Positions 1 through 9,723 of a DNA stretch of 36,930 nucleotides are shown piece after piece. Numbering within the stretch: the stretch's first letter is position 1; every line of letters starts with the position of its first letter. The notes beneath the pieces are model-generated. The model saw nothing but the letters and a program-made list of their open reading frames with translations. It had not been told where the DNA came from and did not search any database. This DNA is from an uncultured Gammaproteobacteria bacterium (GTDB lineage: Bacteria > Patescibacteriota > Patescibacteriia > UBA9934). The stretch is from positions 1-36,930 of the forward strand of contig CAZYCR010000003.1 of assembly GCA_964645815.1 (NCBI GenBank). The letters are read 5' to 3'. A program made the position numbers and the translations under genes.

Positions 1-20
1 CTATTTTTGTTTGTATAAAT

Positions 21-50
21 TTGTAATAACCAGCATTTTTTTTATATAAT
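21..50 (+). promoter_or_regulatory. putative sigma70-type promoter of parAB (TTGTAA-N18-TATAAT)
   Basis: TTGTAA at 21-26 and a perfect TATAAT at 45-50. The first ATG of the ParA frame (62) lies only 11 nt past the -10, so the mRNA would be leaderless or nearly so. Confidence 0.4.
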
Positions 51-61
51 TGTCCCGTCTT

Positions 62-823
62 ATGGCACAAATGGTTTCGATCGTTAATCAAAAGGGAGGG
101 GTGGGAAAATCAACGACCGCCATTAATTTGGCTGCTTTTTTAGCTAGTTTGGGAAAGTTTGTGCTTTTGGTTGATTTGGATCCGCAAGGCAATGCCTCGA
201 GTGGTCTTGGTTTAAATATCTCAGATCTCCGAGGTACTTACGAAGCCATGGCCGGAACTCATTCGGCCAAAGATTTGGTCGTCAAAACTAATCACGAAGG
301 ACTTTTTGTGTTGCCGGCTAATCCAAATTTGGCCGGAGCTTCTGTGGAATTGGTTAACGAAATTAATCGTGAACGGAAGTTACACAATGCGCTTTTGGAA
401 ATTAGAAATGATTTTGATTATATATTGATCGATAATCCACCTTCTCTTGGCATGTTGACGATTAATGGTTTAGTGGCGGCTGACAGTGTGCTAATTCCGG
501 TGCAAGCTGAATATTATGCTTTGGAAGGCATGGGGCAACTCATGAATACTATCAATTTGATCAAGCAGTCAATTAAACCAGAGCTTGAAATTATGGGTGC
601 AGTGATCACCATGTTTGATTCAAGAACCAGACTTTCAAACCAAGTACTGGAGGAATTGTATAAATATTTTCCAGAGAAGATTTTCCGAGCAGTTATTCCG
701 CGCAGCATTCGTTTGGCTGAAGCACCAAGTTTTGGCCAGTCAATTTTACACTACGATCCAGCTTCAAAAGCCGCTCGGGCTTATGAGCGGTTGGCCAACG
801 AGTTTTTAATGAGAGAAAAATAA
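62..823 (+). CDS. parA: ParA/Soj chromosome-partitioning ATPase
   Basis: Track ORF 50..823. Deviant Walker A NQKGGVGKST at the N-terminus, DLDPQGN, ParA-type C-terminus. The track start at 50 is TTG; ATG at 62 (or 71) is preferred. Confidence 0.9.
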   Translation: MAQMVSIVNQKGGVGKSTTAINLAAFLASLGKFVLLVDLDPQGNASSGLGLNISDLRGTYEAMAGTHSAKDLVVKTNHEGLFVLPANPNLAGASVELVNEINRERKLHNALLEIRNDFDYILIDNPPSLGMLTINGLVAADSVLIPVQAEYYALEGMGQLMNTINLIKQSIKPELEIMGAVITMFDSRTRLSNQVLEELYKYFPEKIFRAVIPRSIRLAEAPSFGQSILHYDPASKAARAYERLANEFLMREK

Positions 824-824
824 T

Positions 825-1682
825 ATGCCATCACCACAAGGAGGATTGGGACGAGGCTTAGGTGCCTTGATCCCGCAAAAAATTGCCCCAGAACCAGATA
901 CTGATGCCGGTCGTGCAGCCAATGCCGGGGTCAGTCAAGTTTCGGTCGACAATATTGTTGCTAATCCGCACCAGCCGCGTAAGAATTTCGCTTCGTCTGA
1001 TTTGGAAGATTTGTTGTCTTCAATCAAAGAACACGGTGTTTTGATGCCGTTGGTGGTCACAGATAGAGGAGATGGTACTTATGAATTAATTGCTGGTGAA
1101 AGACGTCTGCGAGCTTCAAAGATGTTGGGTTTGAAAAATGTGCCGGTAGTTGTTCGCAGTGCCACAGAACAACAAAAATTAGAATTAGCTTTGATCGAAA
1201 ACATTCAACGCGCTGATCTAGATCCAGTTGAGGAAGCGCAAGCGTATCAGGCTTTAGTTGATCAGTTTTCATTAAAACAAGAAGAGGTTGCGGCCAGAGT
1301 CGGTAAGAGCCGATCGCATGTAACCAACACCATGCGCTTGTTGGAGCTTGATCCTGAAGTTCTCGATGCGCTGTCATCGGGAAAAATTAGCCGAAGTCAT
1401 GCCAGGACTTTGTTGGCTGAATCAAACCTGGAGAAGAGAAAAGCATTATTCAAAGAAATGCTTCAAGGTGGGATGACTGTCCGGGAAGCTGAAGCTAGAG
1501 CCGGCAATCAAGCTCGAGAAAAGAAGGCTAAGGATCCTAATGTTGCTGCGCTCGAGAGTCAGTTACGGGAGGCCTTGGGCACCAAAGTAGAACTTTCCAT
1601 GAAAGGAAACGCCGGGAAGCTGATTGTCCATTTTTACTCGAAAGAGGAACTGAAAAATATTATTGAAAGATTAGAGGAATAA
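825..1682 (+). CDS. parB: ParB/Spo0J partition protein
   Basis: GLGRGLGALI N-terminal box, ELIAGERRLRA arginine patch, IENIQRADL, HTH segment. The ATG is 1 nt after the parA stop. Confidence 0.9.
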   Translation: MPSPQGGLGRGLGALIPQKIAPEPDTDAGRAANAGVSQVSVDNIVANPHQPRKNFASSDLEDLLSSIKEHGVLMPLVVTDRGDGTYELIAGERRLRASKMLGLKNVPVVVRSATEQQKLELALIENIQRADLDPVEEAQAYQALVDQFSLKQEEVAARVGKSRSHVTNTMRLLELDPEVLDALSSGKISRSHARTLLAESNLEKRKALFKEMLQGGMTVREAEARAGNQAREKKAKDPNVAALESQLREALGTKVELSMKGNAGKLIVHFYSKEELKNIIERLEE

Positions 1683-1712
1683 ACGAGCCACGGAGTTCGT
1701 TTATTCGAAAAG

Positions 1713-1746
1713 AAACACCCCGCCACATGGAACGAGGTGTTTTTTG
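1713..1746. terminator. bidirectional intrinsic terminator between parB and the convergent membrane-protein gene
   Basis: Imperfect stem aacaccccg / cgaggtgtt. It is followed by TTTTTT on the + strand and preceded by an A-run, which reads as a T-run on the - strand. Confidence 0.5.
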
Positions 1747-1754
1747 GAATAATG

Positions 1755-2123
1755 TTATTTATTTCGATTTTTGATGAAATTAAATAGTTTTGCTGTGATT
1801 AAGAAAAAAAGCCCGAGGTAGAAAGCAAAACTGAAGTGGATCATTAAGAATTCGAACCACTGCGCTGGACCAGAGTCTAATCCAAGTCCTGCGCACCAGC
1901 TTGTTGCGGTGTAAGGATCGCTAATAAGACAAACTGGATAGAGAATAATTGAAGTTGAGAAAATACCAGTAAGAATCGGAATTTTGATAATTGCGACAAC
2001 CAGATCTGGTAATGAGAAAGAATAATAAAAAGAAGTGACGGTAAATAAAAGAGAAATTAAAAAACCGATTAGAGCGCCAATACCACCAATGAGTATTTCT
2101 TTTTTTGTGAAAAACTTTTTCAT
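1755..2123 (-). CDS. small integral membrane protein, unknown function
   Basis: 122-aa ORF made almost entirely of hydrophobic helices. It starts 1 nt after the stop of the Rel-like gene, so it is probably co-transcribed. Confidence 0.6.
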   Translation of the reverse strand: MKKFFTKKEILIGGIGALIGFLISLLFTVTSFYYSFSLPDLVVAIIKIPILTGIFSTSIILYPVCLISDPYTATSWCAGLGLDSGPAQWFEFLMIHFSFAFYLGLFFLITAKLFNFIKNRNK

Positions 2124-2124
2124 A

Positions 2125-3612
2125 TCATCGCTTCATTAAGCTGCGCAAGATTGATTTTTTGCCGCCACGCAAAGCGTCTTTGATTTTACTACGTGCGTGG
2201 TGAGTTTTAACAAATTTGAGCCAATCGGCATTCGGTGTCCGGCGGTTTTTGTCGACCACAATTTCACACATGTCACCAGACTTTAACTCAGTGTCGAGGT
2301 TAGCAATTTGGTGATTGATCCTGGCGGCCGTGGCTTTGTTTCCAACGTCGGTGTGGACATGGTAGGCAAAATCAACCGGTGTTGACCCAACAGGCAAATC
2401 AAAAACGTCACCGTTTGGTGTGAAGACAAAAATCCGATCTTGAAACATGTCGAGCTTTAACTCATTGAGGCGCTCAATAAAATCTGATTCTTTTAATTCC
2501 TTTTGCACCTTTGTTAATTCTTCCATCCACTTCACTTTCTTCTCTCGAATTTTTTGACCTTCTTTATAACGCCAGTGGGCAGCCACACCGTATTCAGCTT
2601 CTTCATGCATTTCTACAGTTCTAATCTGGAATTCCATAATTGAACCATCGTCAGAAAAAACAGTGGTGTGGAGCGATTGATAACCGTTTGGTTTAGGCTG
2701 CGCAATATAATCTTTAATACGGCCGGAAAGTGGTTTGTACATGCCGTGTAAAATACCCAGAGCCGCATAACAATCGGTAACGTCATTAACAATAATGCGC
2801 AGGGCCACAATATCGTAGATTTTGTTGATGTCGTTGTTGTAGCGCAGGAGTTTGCGGTAAAGGCTATAGCAGAATTTGATCCGTCCGTGGACGTTTTGTG
2901 GCGCAATGTCGTGCTTTAAAAGTTCACGCTCAACATCGTGCATGGCATTGTTCATGGCCGGACCGAATTTTTTTACTCGCTGCTCCAAAAGATGTTTGGT
3001 CCAGTTATATTCTTTTGGTTGTAGATACTTGAAGCTGTAATCCTCGAACAAACCGCGGTATTCTCCCATTCCCAATCGATTGGCAATTGGAGCATAGATT
3101 TCCATGACTTCGTTGGCGATTCGGGTCCGCTTTTGTTCAGGCAAAACATAGAGAGTTTCCATGTTGTGCATGCGGTCAGCAAATTTAATAAAGATAACCC
3201 GAACGTCTTCAGCCATGGCAATGAACATCTTACGCAAATTTTCCACGTAACGCTCAATACCGCGATACTGCACATGACCAAGTTTGGTGACACTTTGGAC
3301 CATGCCAACGACGTCAGCGCCAAATTGACTTTCCAGATCTTCGGCAGTGACGTCGGCATCTTCTAAAACGTCGTGTAAAAGACCAGCCGTGATAACTTCC
3401 GCCGGCAAGAGCAACTGAGCTAGTTTCATGCCAGTGGCGAAACAATGGTTGAAATACGGCTCGCCAGTGAAACGGGTTTGGTTCTCATGAGCCTTTTTGG
3501 CAACATTATAGGCCTTTTTAATGAGTGCACGGTCTTCATCTGAATAACGCTCACCTTCCAAAAGGGAGGAGAGTCTGGAAAAATCGGTATTTGAGCTAAT
3601 ATTTAGTGGCAT
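2125..3612 (-). CDS. rel: RelA/SpoT-family (p)ppGpp synthetase/hydrolase, short form ending after the TGS domain
   Basis: HD hydrolase motif LHDVLED, synthetase block YIAQPKPNGYQSLHTTV and EFQIRT..MHEEAEYGVAAHWRYK, TGS block IFVFTPNGDVFDLPVGSTPVDFAYHVH. At 495 aa it has no room for the usual C-terminal regulatory domains. Confidence 0.9.
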   Translation of the reverse strand: MPLNISSNTDFSRLSSLLEGERYSDEDRALIKKAYNVAKKAHENQTRFTGEPYFNHCFATGMKLAQLLLPAEVITAGLLHDVLEDADVTAEDLESQFGADVVGMVQSVTKLGHVQYRGIERYVENLRKMFIAMAEDVRVIFIKFADRMHNMETLYVLPEQKRTRIANEVMEIYAPIANRLGMGEYRGLFEDYSFKYLQPKEYNWTKHLLEQRVKKFGPAMNNAMHDVERELLKHDIAPQNVHGRIKFCYSLYRKLLRYNNDINKIYDIVALRIIVNDVTDCYAALGILHGMYKPLSGRIKDYIAQPKPNGYQSLHTTVFSDDGSIMEFQIRTVEMHEEAEYGVAAHWRYKEGQKIREKKVKWMEELTKVQKELKESDFIERLNELKLDMFQDRIFVFTPNGDVFDLPVGSTPVDFAYHVHTDVGNKATAARINHQIANLDTELKSGDMCEIVVDKNRRTPNADWLKFVKTHHARSKIKDALRGGKKSILRSLMKR

Positions 3613-3689
3613 AACCTTCTAACAGGTTATCGCTCTTCTTGTCTTGGTGCAAGTATTTTTGGTAAACTTAACCATAATAATTATGCTTT

Positions 3690-4994
3690 ATGAATAAAAT
3701 TATCGGCGAGGGAGGTTATCGAGAACCTGGCAGGATACCGGTTGAGGCCAGGAAAATAAAAGATTATGGTTATGTCAGCTCTGATGATGAGGTTGAAATG
3801 TTGACCGAAGAAGAAGAGCGGACTGAACGTGAACGCCAAGCGGCAGAGAAATTGGCAGAAGAACAAAGAGACGATGTGGAAATGCCAGCACCGGTTGATT
3901 ATGAATTGCCTCAGCCAGAATCAGAAGCTGACAGAGCTGCTCGACTTCAGGATATTGAACTAAAAGTAATTAATGATCCAGAGACAATCCCTGAACAGAA
4001 GGCGATCGATTCTAAGACAGAAGCCGAATACGTAAAAAATTATTTACCGGCTAAGATTGAAAAGGCTAGTCTTGAAAGCGATCAGAAACAGCTTACAGAA
4101 TATTTCAAAGAATTGAGTGATAGAATGCAGCGTTTACAAGCGGTAAAAGGTGGTGCTCAAGAATTTGATTTTGGCAAATTTACAACCGTTGTTAAAAACG
4201 TCAAAGAAAAAATGGCAGATAATGCTGTTAAGATTCAAGCTGCAGAGAAGCGAATTGCACTTTTTGAAGAGCATCTCCGTCAAGCTGAGAGCAGAGATTC
4301 TTTGGTTTTTCCCGGAGTTGAATCAGCAGAAGAACAACAGGCGAGAGTTGAAAACGCGGAGATGGATGCTTTAGAGGGCAGGGGAATTTTTAATCTTGAA
4401 ACTGCAAAACAATTAGGTCTAGAGGCTGAGCAAGAGCCTTATCTTAAAGCAAGACAAAAATTGTTTGTGATAAAAAGCGATATTAAAGTCATGCAGAACT
4501 ACTTAACAAGATTGCGCGAGCGTAATGCAGATTTGAAAGCGCGAGGAATCGTAGATGTTTACGCCGATAAAGCACAAGAAATTGAGGCAGCGATTAAAGC
4601 AGAAATGGATGAAAAGAATAAAGAAGTAAAAGAATTGACTACGCAACTTGATGCTTTTGAAGATATGGTGCGGCGAGAGATCCATCGTCGGGAAACTGGT
4701 ATGCCGGCAACTACTAATCAAGAAGCTTTTAAAGATGCAGCTAAAGATTTGGCGGTAATGACAGCCAAAGCCGGTGCTTATGGCGCTGGTGTTGCGGCAA
4801 CTGTGGGAGCTTTAATGGTTAAGAAAACCGGCGAAGCAGGTATTAAAGGAGCTAAAAAAATTGCGGCTGCGCCAGGTGCAGCTGTTCGAGGTGCTGGTAC
4901 GGCGGGAGCGCTCGGCAGTGGCTTCTTCTTGGGATCTTTGGTTGCTTTTGGCAAAGCGATTCGAGAAGCTTTCTTCCCAAATCGAAATAAGTAG
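3690..4994 (+). CDS. acidic coiled-coil protein with Gly/Ala-rich hydrophobic C-terminal tail, unknown function
   Basis: 434-aa ORF. It has long Glu/Lys/Gln-rich heptad-like stretches. The last ~90 aa are AGAYGAGVAATVGALMV...GSGFFLGSLVAFG. I recognise no family. Confidence 0.6.
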   Translation: MNKIIGEGGYREPGRIPVEARKIKDYGYVSSDDEVEMLTEEEERTERERQAAEKLAEEQRDDVEMPAPVDYELPQPESEADRAARLQDIELKVINDPETIPEQKAIDSKTEAEYVKNYLPAKIEKASLESDQKQLTEYFKELSDRMQRLQAVKGGAQEFDFGKFTTVVKNVKEKMADNAVKIQAAEKRIALFEEHLRQAESRDSLVFPGVESAEEQQARVENAEMDALEGRGIFNLETAKQLGLEAEQEPYLKARQKLFVIKSDIKVMQNYLTRLRERNADLKARGIVDVYADKAQEIEAAIKAEMDEKNKEVKELTTQLDAFEDMVRREIHRRETGMPATTNQEAFKDAAKDLAVMTAKAGAYGAGVAATVGALMVKKTGEAGIKGAKKIAAAPGAAVRGAGTAGALGSGFFLGSLVAFGKAIREAFFPNRNK

Positions 4995-5000
4995 AAAATA

Positions 5001-5034
5001 AATTCGGCTCTGGTTTGTACCAAGAGCCGAATTT
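5001..5034. terminator. bidirectional intrinsic terminator between the coiled-coil gene and topA
   Basis: aattcggctctgg-tttgta-ccaagagccgaatt, a 13-bp stem with one G-A mismatch. It is flanked by an A-run upstream and a T-run downstream. Confidence 0.75.
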
Positions 5035-7311
5035 TTATTTACTCTTTCTACCCCAATTTCGTTTCGGGGCGTGTCGTTTCTTTTCTAAAAGTTCAACTGC
5101 TTCCTCTAGGGTAATGCTTTCTGGTTCAGTGCCTTTGCGAATTGAAACATTAGTTTTTCCGTCAGTAATGTATGGCCCATAGCGTCCGACTTTGACTTGA
5201 ATCTCGCCGCCGCTATTTGGATCTTTGCCAAGTTCAGAGATTGGAGTTTGTTGTTGTTTTTTAAGTTCTGCGGCCGCGGAAATAATTTGTCGCGCCTCAG
5301 CCTCAGTAACGGTCAAAACATTATAATCGTCTGGCAAGGAAGCGTTGGTTTTTCCTGCTTTCAAATATGGTCCGTACGGTCCAATTTGGGCCGTGATTTC
5401 AGTACCATCAATTAGAGAGCCAACGGTTCGTGGAAGTTCCATGAGTTTCAGGGCTTCTTCCAAAGTTACCGATTCGGCATTCATGGTTTTTGGCAGTGAA
5501 ACCATTTTTGGTTTGTTGATCTTGGCTTTTCGATCTTCTTCGCTCCACTCGCCAAGTTGTAAATAAGGTCCAAAACGGCCGGTTCGAGCAATAATTATTT
5601 TACCGGTTTCCGGATCAGGACCAAGCTCGCGAGATGGCATGACATCTTCGCGTGAAAGATCTTTAGACTTTTCTTCCAGGTTTTGATGGAACGGACCATA
5701 GAAAGCCTCGAGCATCGGCACCCAATCAATTTGACCCTCAGCAATTTCATCGAGTGATTTTTCCATTGTTGCCGTAAAGTCGTAGTCAACAATGTCTTTA
5801 AAGTGCTCCATGAGGAGATCTGTGACAACAAAAGCGATATCGGTTGGAAATAGTTTTTTATTGTCGTCCCGATCAACATAGCCGCGATCGATAATTGTAC
5901 TAATCGTCGGTGCGTAAGTTGAAGGTCGGCCAATACCATAGTCTTCCAACTCTTTAATCAAAGTCGCATCTGAATAACGAGCTGGCGGTTCAGTAAAGTG
6001 TTGCTTTGGTTCAATTGTTTTTGCAACGACTGTATCCTTTTCTGAAAGTTCAGGCAGTAACTTCTCAGTGGCGTTTTTGTAGACTTTCATAAAGCCATCG
6101 AAAACGATCACGCTGCCATTAGCGCGGAAAGTATAATCTTTGGCTTCCAAATCAACAGCCGTTCTTTCCAGTTTGGCCGATGGCAGTTGGCTAGCCACGG
6201 TGCGGCGCCAGATCAAATCGTAAAGTTTAAACATCTGGGCATCTACTTTTCCTTCGAGAGCTTCTGGAGTGAGGGTGACATCGGTTGGCCGGATTGCTTC
6301 GTGAGCTTCTTGAGCGCCTTTGGTGGTAGTTTTATAAGTGATTGGGCCTTTGGCATAGGCAGCACCAAAGTTACTAGAAATGAAATCCTGTGCTTCAGCC
6401 AAAAACTTATCAGCCAAGTTAACGGAGTCGGTACGCATGTAAGTAATGCGACCTGTTTCGTATAATTTTTGTGCCAGTTGCATTGTCTGCTTGGCGCTGA
6501 AACCAAATTTGTTGTTTGCTTCTTGTTGCAAAACAGAGGTTTTCAATGGTGTTGGTGCTTTACGGGTTGCTTGTTTTTTACTAACCGCAGTAACGGTAAA
6601 AGGTTGATCTTTAACAGCTTGAACGATCGCTTCCGCTGCTTCTTGAGTTTTAATTTCCAGTTTTTTGACAGCCTTACCTTTAATGGCCTGAAGTTTACCT
6701 TCGAATTCAGTGTTGTTTTTAGAAAATAAACCATCGATTGTCCAATACTCCTCACTCTTAAAAGCCAAACGTTCTCGCTCACGCTCAACTATTAGGCGCA
6801 CGGCAACTGATTGGACACGACCGGCAGAAAGTCCACGACGAACTTTTTTCCAAAGAAAAGGAGAAAGTTCGTAACCAACGATACGGTCGAGAATTCGTCG
6901 AGTTTGCTGAGCGTCAACCAAATCCATGGCAAGATGTCGTGGCTGGGTTAGCGCATCTTCAATAGCTGCTTTAGTGATTTCGTGGAAAGTAATTCGTTTT
7001 GCTTTTTCCGGATCGAGCCCTAAGATCTCGGCAATATGCCAAGCGATCGCTTCTCCTTCTCGGTCTTCGTCAGTCGCCAGATAGATTTCGTTGGCGGTTT
7101 TGGCAGCGGTCTTTAATTCAGTGACCCGTTTCTTTTTATCGGCTGGAATAACGTATTTTGGTTCAAAACCATTATTAAAATCCACACCCATCTCTTTAGT
7201 AGGAAGATCACGGATGTGGCCAAATGAAGAAATGACCTGATAGTCTTTGCCTAAAAATTTCTTGATTGTTCGAGCTTTTGTTGGAGACTCGACAATTAAA
7301 AGTTTGCTCAT
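5035..7311 (-). CDS. topA: DNA topoisomerase I
   Basis: TOPRIM N-terminus LLIVESPTKARTI, DEDREGE, active-site block RITYMRTDS, and C-terminal repeats GRFGPY / GPYGPY / GRYGPY. ATG at 7311 is preferred over the TTG at 7329 used by the track. Confidence 0.93.
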   Translation of the reverse strand: MSKLLIVESPTKARTIKKFLGKDYQVISSFGHIRDLPTKEMGVDFNNGFEPKYVIPADKKKRVTELKTAAKTANEIYLATDEDREGEAIAWHIAEILGLDPEKAKRITFHEITKAAIEDALTQPRHLAMDLVDAQQTRRILDRIVGYELSPFLWKKVRRGLSAGRVQSVAVRLIVERERERLAFKSEEYWTIDGLFSKNNTEFEGKLQAIKGKAVKKLEIKTQEAAEAIVQAVKDQPFTVTAVSKKQATRKAPTPLKTSVLQQEANNKFGFSAKQTMQLAQKLYETGRITYMRTDSVNLADKFLAEAQDFISSNFGAAYAKGPITYKTTTKGAQEAHEAIRPTDVTLTPEALEGKVDAQMFKLYDLIWRRTVASQLPSAKLERTAVDLEAKDYTFRANGSVIVFDGFMKVYKNATEKLLPELSEKDTVVAKTIEPKQHFTEPPARYSDATLIKELEDYGIGRPSTYAPTISTIIDRGYVDRDDNKKLFPTDIAFVVTDLLMEHFKDIVDYDFTATMEKSLDEIAEGQIDWVPMLEAFYGPFHQNLEEKSKDLSREDVMPSRELGPDPETGKIIIARTGRFGPYLQLGEWSEEDRKAKINKPKMVSLPKTMNAESVTLEEALKLMELPRTVGSLIDGTEITAQIGPYGPYLKAGKTNASLPDDYNVLTVTEAEARQIISAAAELKKQQQTPISELGKDPNSGGEIQVKVGRYGPYITDGKTNVSIRKGTEPESITLEEAVELLEKKRHAPKRNWGRKSK

Positions 7312-7345
7312 AACGCTGGCATAATGCAAAGGTTCGCGAAATTTG

Positions 7346-8626
7346 TCAAATAGGGAAGCTGGAACGGTGCTTTAAGATCTCACTTTCCGGAATCCAGAAA
7401 CTGCGCATTTCTCCAGAGAGGAACAAGGAGCCAGTGACTACAATAATCTCATCATCCTGACGCAGTTTTTTAACGTGTTTTAAGGCGTCCTTATGATCGA
7501 TAAAATAGCCAGCTCTTTTTTGTTTTGGTACTTGTTTGAGAAGGTCAGCCGGATTAGCAGCTTTCCGAAATTCCATACTGAACCTGGTTGTGGTCACTGA
7601 AACAACAACCGGCACCAATTGTTTCATCATTTCATCGGCTTCTTTGTTGGCAGCACAGCCAAAAATCAGACGGACCGGTTTGCCAAGCTTTTTGATACGC
7701 TCAACTGTAGAGGCAATCTTAGCAGGGGAATGAGCACCATCGAGAATAATTTGTGGGCGTTTCTGAATTGTTTCAAAACGACACGGTAAGCTCTTAATTT
7801 TTTTCATGGCGCGCTTGATTACGGCATCTGCGACACCGATCTCTTTAGCTGCTCGCTCGGCTAGTGCAGCATTGTGCTGTTGGTGGCTACCGAAATTTTC
7901 ATCAATCTTATTGCCAGTTGGTGCAGGGATAAAAAATAGTGCCGCTTGTTCTTTAATAGCTTCCTTGGTGAAGATTTTTTTAAGCGACGGTCTGGTTTCA
8001 CCACAAAGCACCGTAGAACCTTTTTTAATGATCCCGGCTTTTTCGTAAGCAATCAAAGATAGGGAATCGCCCAAGATATCTGTGTGGTCTTTATTAATGT
8101 TGGTAATGATAGCCACGACCGGCCGAGGAATGATATTTGTTGCATCCCAGCGTCCGCCGCAGCCGGCTTCCAAAATACACCAATCCACTCCGGCTTTTTT
8201 CATTGAATAGATTGCCAAGCAGGTTGCCAGTTCAAAGAAAGATAAAATTTCTCCGGTCGCTAAAAATTTTTGAAACTCATTCAAAATAAAACGCATCTGT
8301 TTGGCGAGAACATTGGGATCCATGAGTCCATTGTCCAAACGAAAACGTTCCAGAAAACTGGTTGTGTGTGGTGAGAGATAAGTACCAACTTTTTGTCCAT
8401 CCTCGACTAAAATCTGATGGATCATGTTGGCTGTTGAGCCTTTGCCGCTGGTGCCGGTAATGTGGATGAAGTCGAGATGCTTTTCAGGATTGCCAATTTG
8501 ATTCAGAAAAGCCTCGAGTCTTTGCTGCGATCGCAAAAGTTCTGCTTTTGAATCTGAAAATTGTTTGAGCTGCAAATTATTCAAAGAGAGCATCTCTTGA
8601 TAGGCTCGTAGAAAGGCATGTTGCAT
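7346..8626 (-). CDS. folC: folylpolyglutamate synthase / dihydrofolate synthase (Mur-ligase family)
   Basis: P-loop HITGTSGKGST, YLSPHTTSFLERF, EAGCGGRWDATN, NINKDHTDILGDSL..IAYEKAGIIK. Confidence 0.8.
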   Translation of the reverse strand: MQHAFLRAYQEMLSLNNLQLKQFSDSKAELLRSQQRLEAFLNQIGNPEKHLDFIHITGTSGKGSTANMIHQILVEDGQKVGTYLSPHTTSFLERFRLDNGLMDPNVLAKQMRFILNEFQKFLATGEILSFFELATCLAIYSMKKAGVDWCILEAGCGGRWDATNIIPRPVVAIITNINKDHTDILGDSLSLIAYEKAGIIKKGSTVLCGETRPSLKKIFTKEAIKEQAALFFIPAPTGNKIDENFGSHQQHNAALAERAAKEIGVADAVIKRAMKKIKSLPCRFETIQKRPQIILDGAHSPAKIASTVERIKKLGKPVRLIFGCAANKEADEMMKQLVPVVVSVTTTRFSMEFRKAANPADLLKQVPKQKRAGYFIDHKDALKHVKKLRQDDEIIVVTGSLFLSGEMRSFWIPESEILKHRSSFPI

Positions 8627-8644
8627 AGCGAGAATATTGTAGCG

Positions 8645-9721
8645 CTAAACAAGAATGTAGTACATACCACCAATTTGTTGAACACGTCCTTTTATTTCTA
8701 AGAGTGATAGCGTACTGGCAATAGTGGCGCTGGAAAGTTGCGTTTGACGAATGATTTCATTGATGTGGATAGGCGTCTTGGAAAGTAACTCCAAAATATT
8801 TTTTTCTTCTTCACTACCTGGTTCATATTTTTCTTTGTGTACTGGTCGACTGTCGACTTCAAAAACATTGAAAATGTCTTGTGCTTCGGTGACAACATGA
8901 GCGCCGAGTTTTAATAAGTTGTTAGTTCCTTTGGAGGTCTCGGCATTAATCGGACCGGGAATAGCAAAGACGTCGCGGTTTTGGTCGAGTGCGGCCCGCG
9001 CAGTTATTAAGGAACCGGATTTTTCTGCTGCTTCAATTACCAAAGTGCCTTGGCTCAATCCAGAGATGATGCGGTTGCGATACGGGAAGTGATGATTGAG
9101 GGCGGCAGCATGGAGAGGGAACTCAGAAACAACTGCCCCGCCGCCTTCAATAATTTTTTTCGAGAGATATCGTTGACGACTATCAAGATGAAGCAAGCCA
9201 CAAGCCAGGACCGCCACTGTAATTCCGTCGGCTTCTAAAGCAGCTTGATGAGCCACCTCATCAATGCCATAAGCTAAGCCACTGACAATGACAACACCGG
9301 CTTCTGCCAGAGTAAAACTCAAGTCGTGCGCATTTTTAAGTCCGTAATTGGTGGCGTGGCGTGAACCGACTACAGCCAAATGTTTAGTCTCGTTTGGCGG
9401 TAGATAACCAGCCACGTAGAGAACTCCTGGCGGATCATAAATCTCTCGTAAGAGCTCGGGGTAAGTATCATCAGCGAGAGTTAGGGCCTGCAAGTTGTTC
9501 TCCTGCATTTCTTTGACGATTTTTTCTGGTCGAATTTCCTGGCGGAGTTCCTGGAAATGTTTGACTTGATTTTCGCTTAGCCCGGCAGCAACCAAATCTT
9601 CTCCATTTGCAAAAAACGCCTCTTTCATATTTGGAAAATGATTGAGGAGTTTTTTAAATGCTTGCGGGCCAAATTTTGGATTCTCATTGAGCCCGAGCCA
9701 GTAGGGAAGATCGGAATTCAT
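8645..9721 (-). CDS. dprA: DNA-processing protein DprA/Smf
   Basis: Rossmann-like core VVGSRHATNYG, SGLAYGIDEVAHQAAL, GSLITARAALDQNRDVFAIPG, and a C-terminal wHTH-like tail. Confidence 0.88.
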   Translation of the reverse strand: MNSDLPYWLGLNENPKFGPQAFKKLLNHFPNMKEAFFANGEDLVAAGLSENQVKHFQELRQEIRPEKIVKEMQENNLQALTLADDTYPELLREIYDPPGVLYVAGYLPPNETKHLAVVGSRHATNYGLKNAHDLSFTLAEAGVVIVSGLAYGIDEVAHQAALEADGITVAVLACGLLHLDSRQRYLSKKIIEGGGAVVSEFPLHAAALNHHFPYRNRIISGLSQGTLVIEAAEKSGSLITARAALDQNRDVFAIPGPINAETSKGTNNLLKLGAHVVTEAQDIFNVFEVDSRPVHKEKYEPGSEEEKNILELLSKTPIHINEIIRQTQLSSATIASTLSLLEIKGRVQQIGGMYYILV

Positions 9722-9723
9722 GT

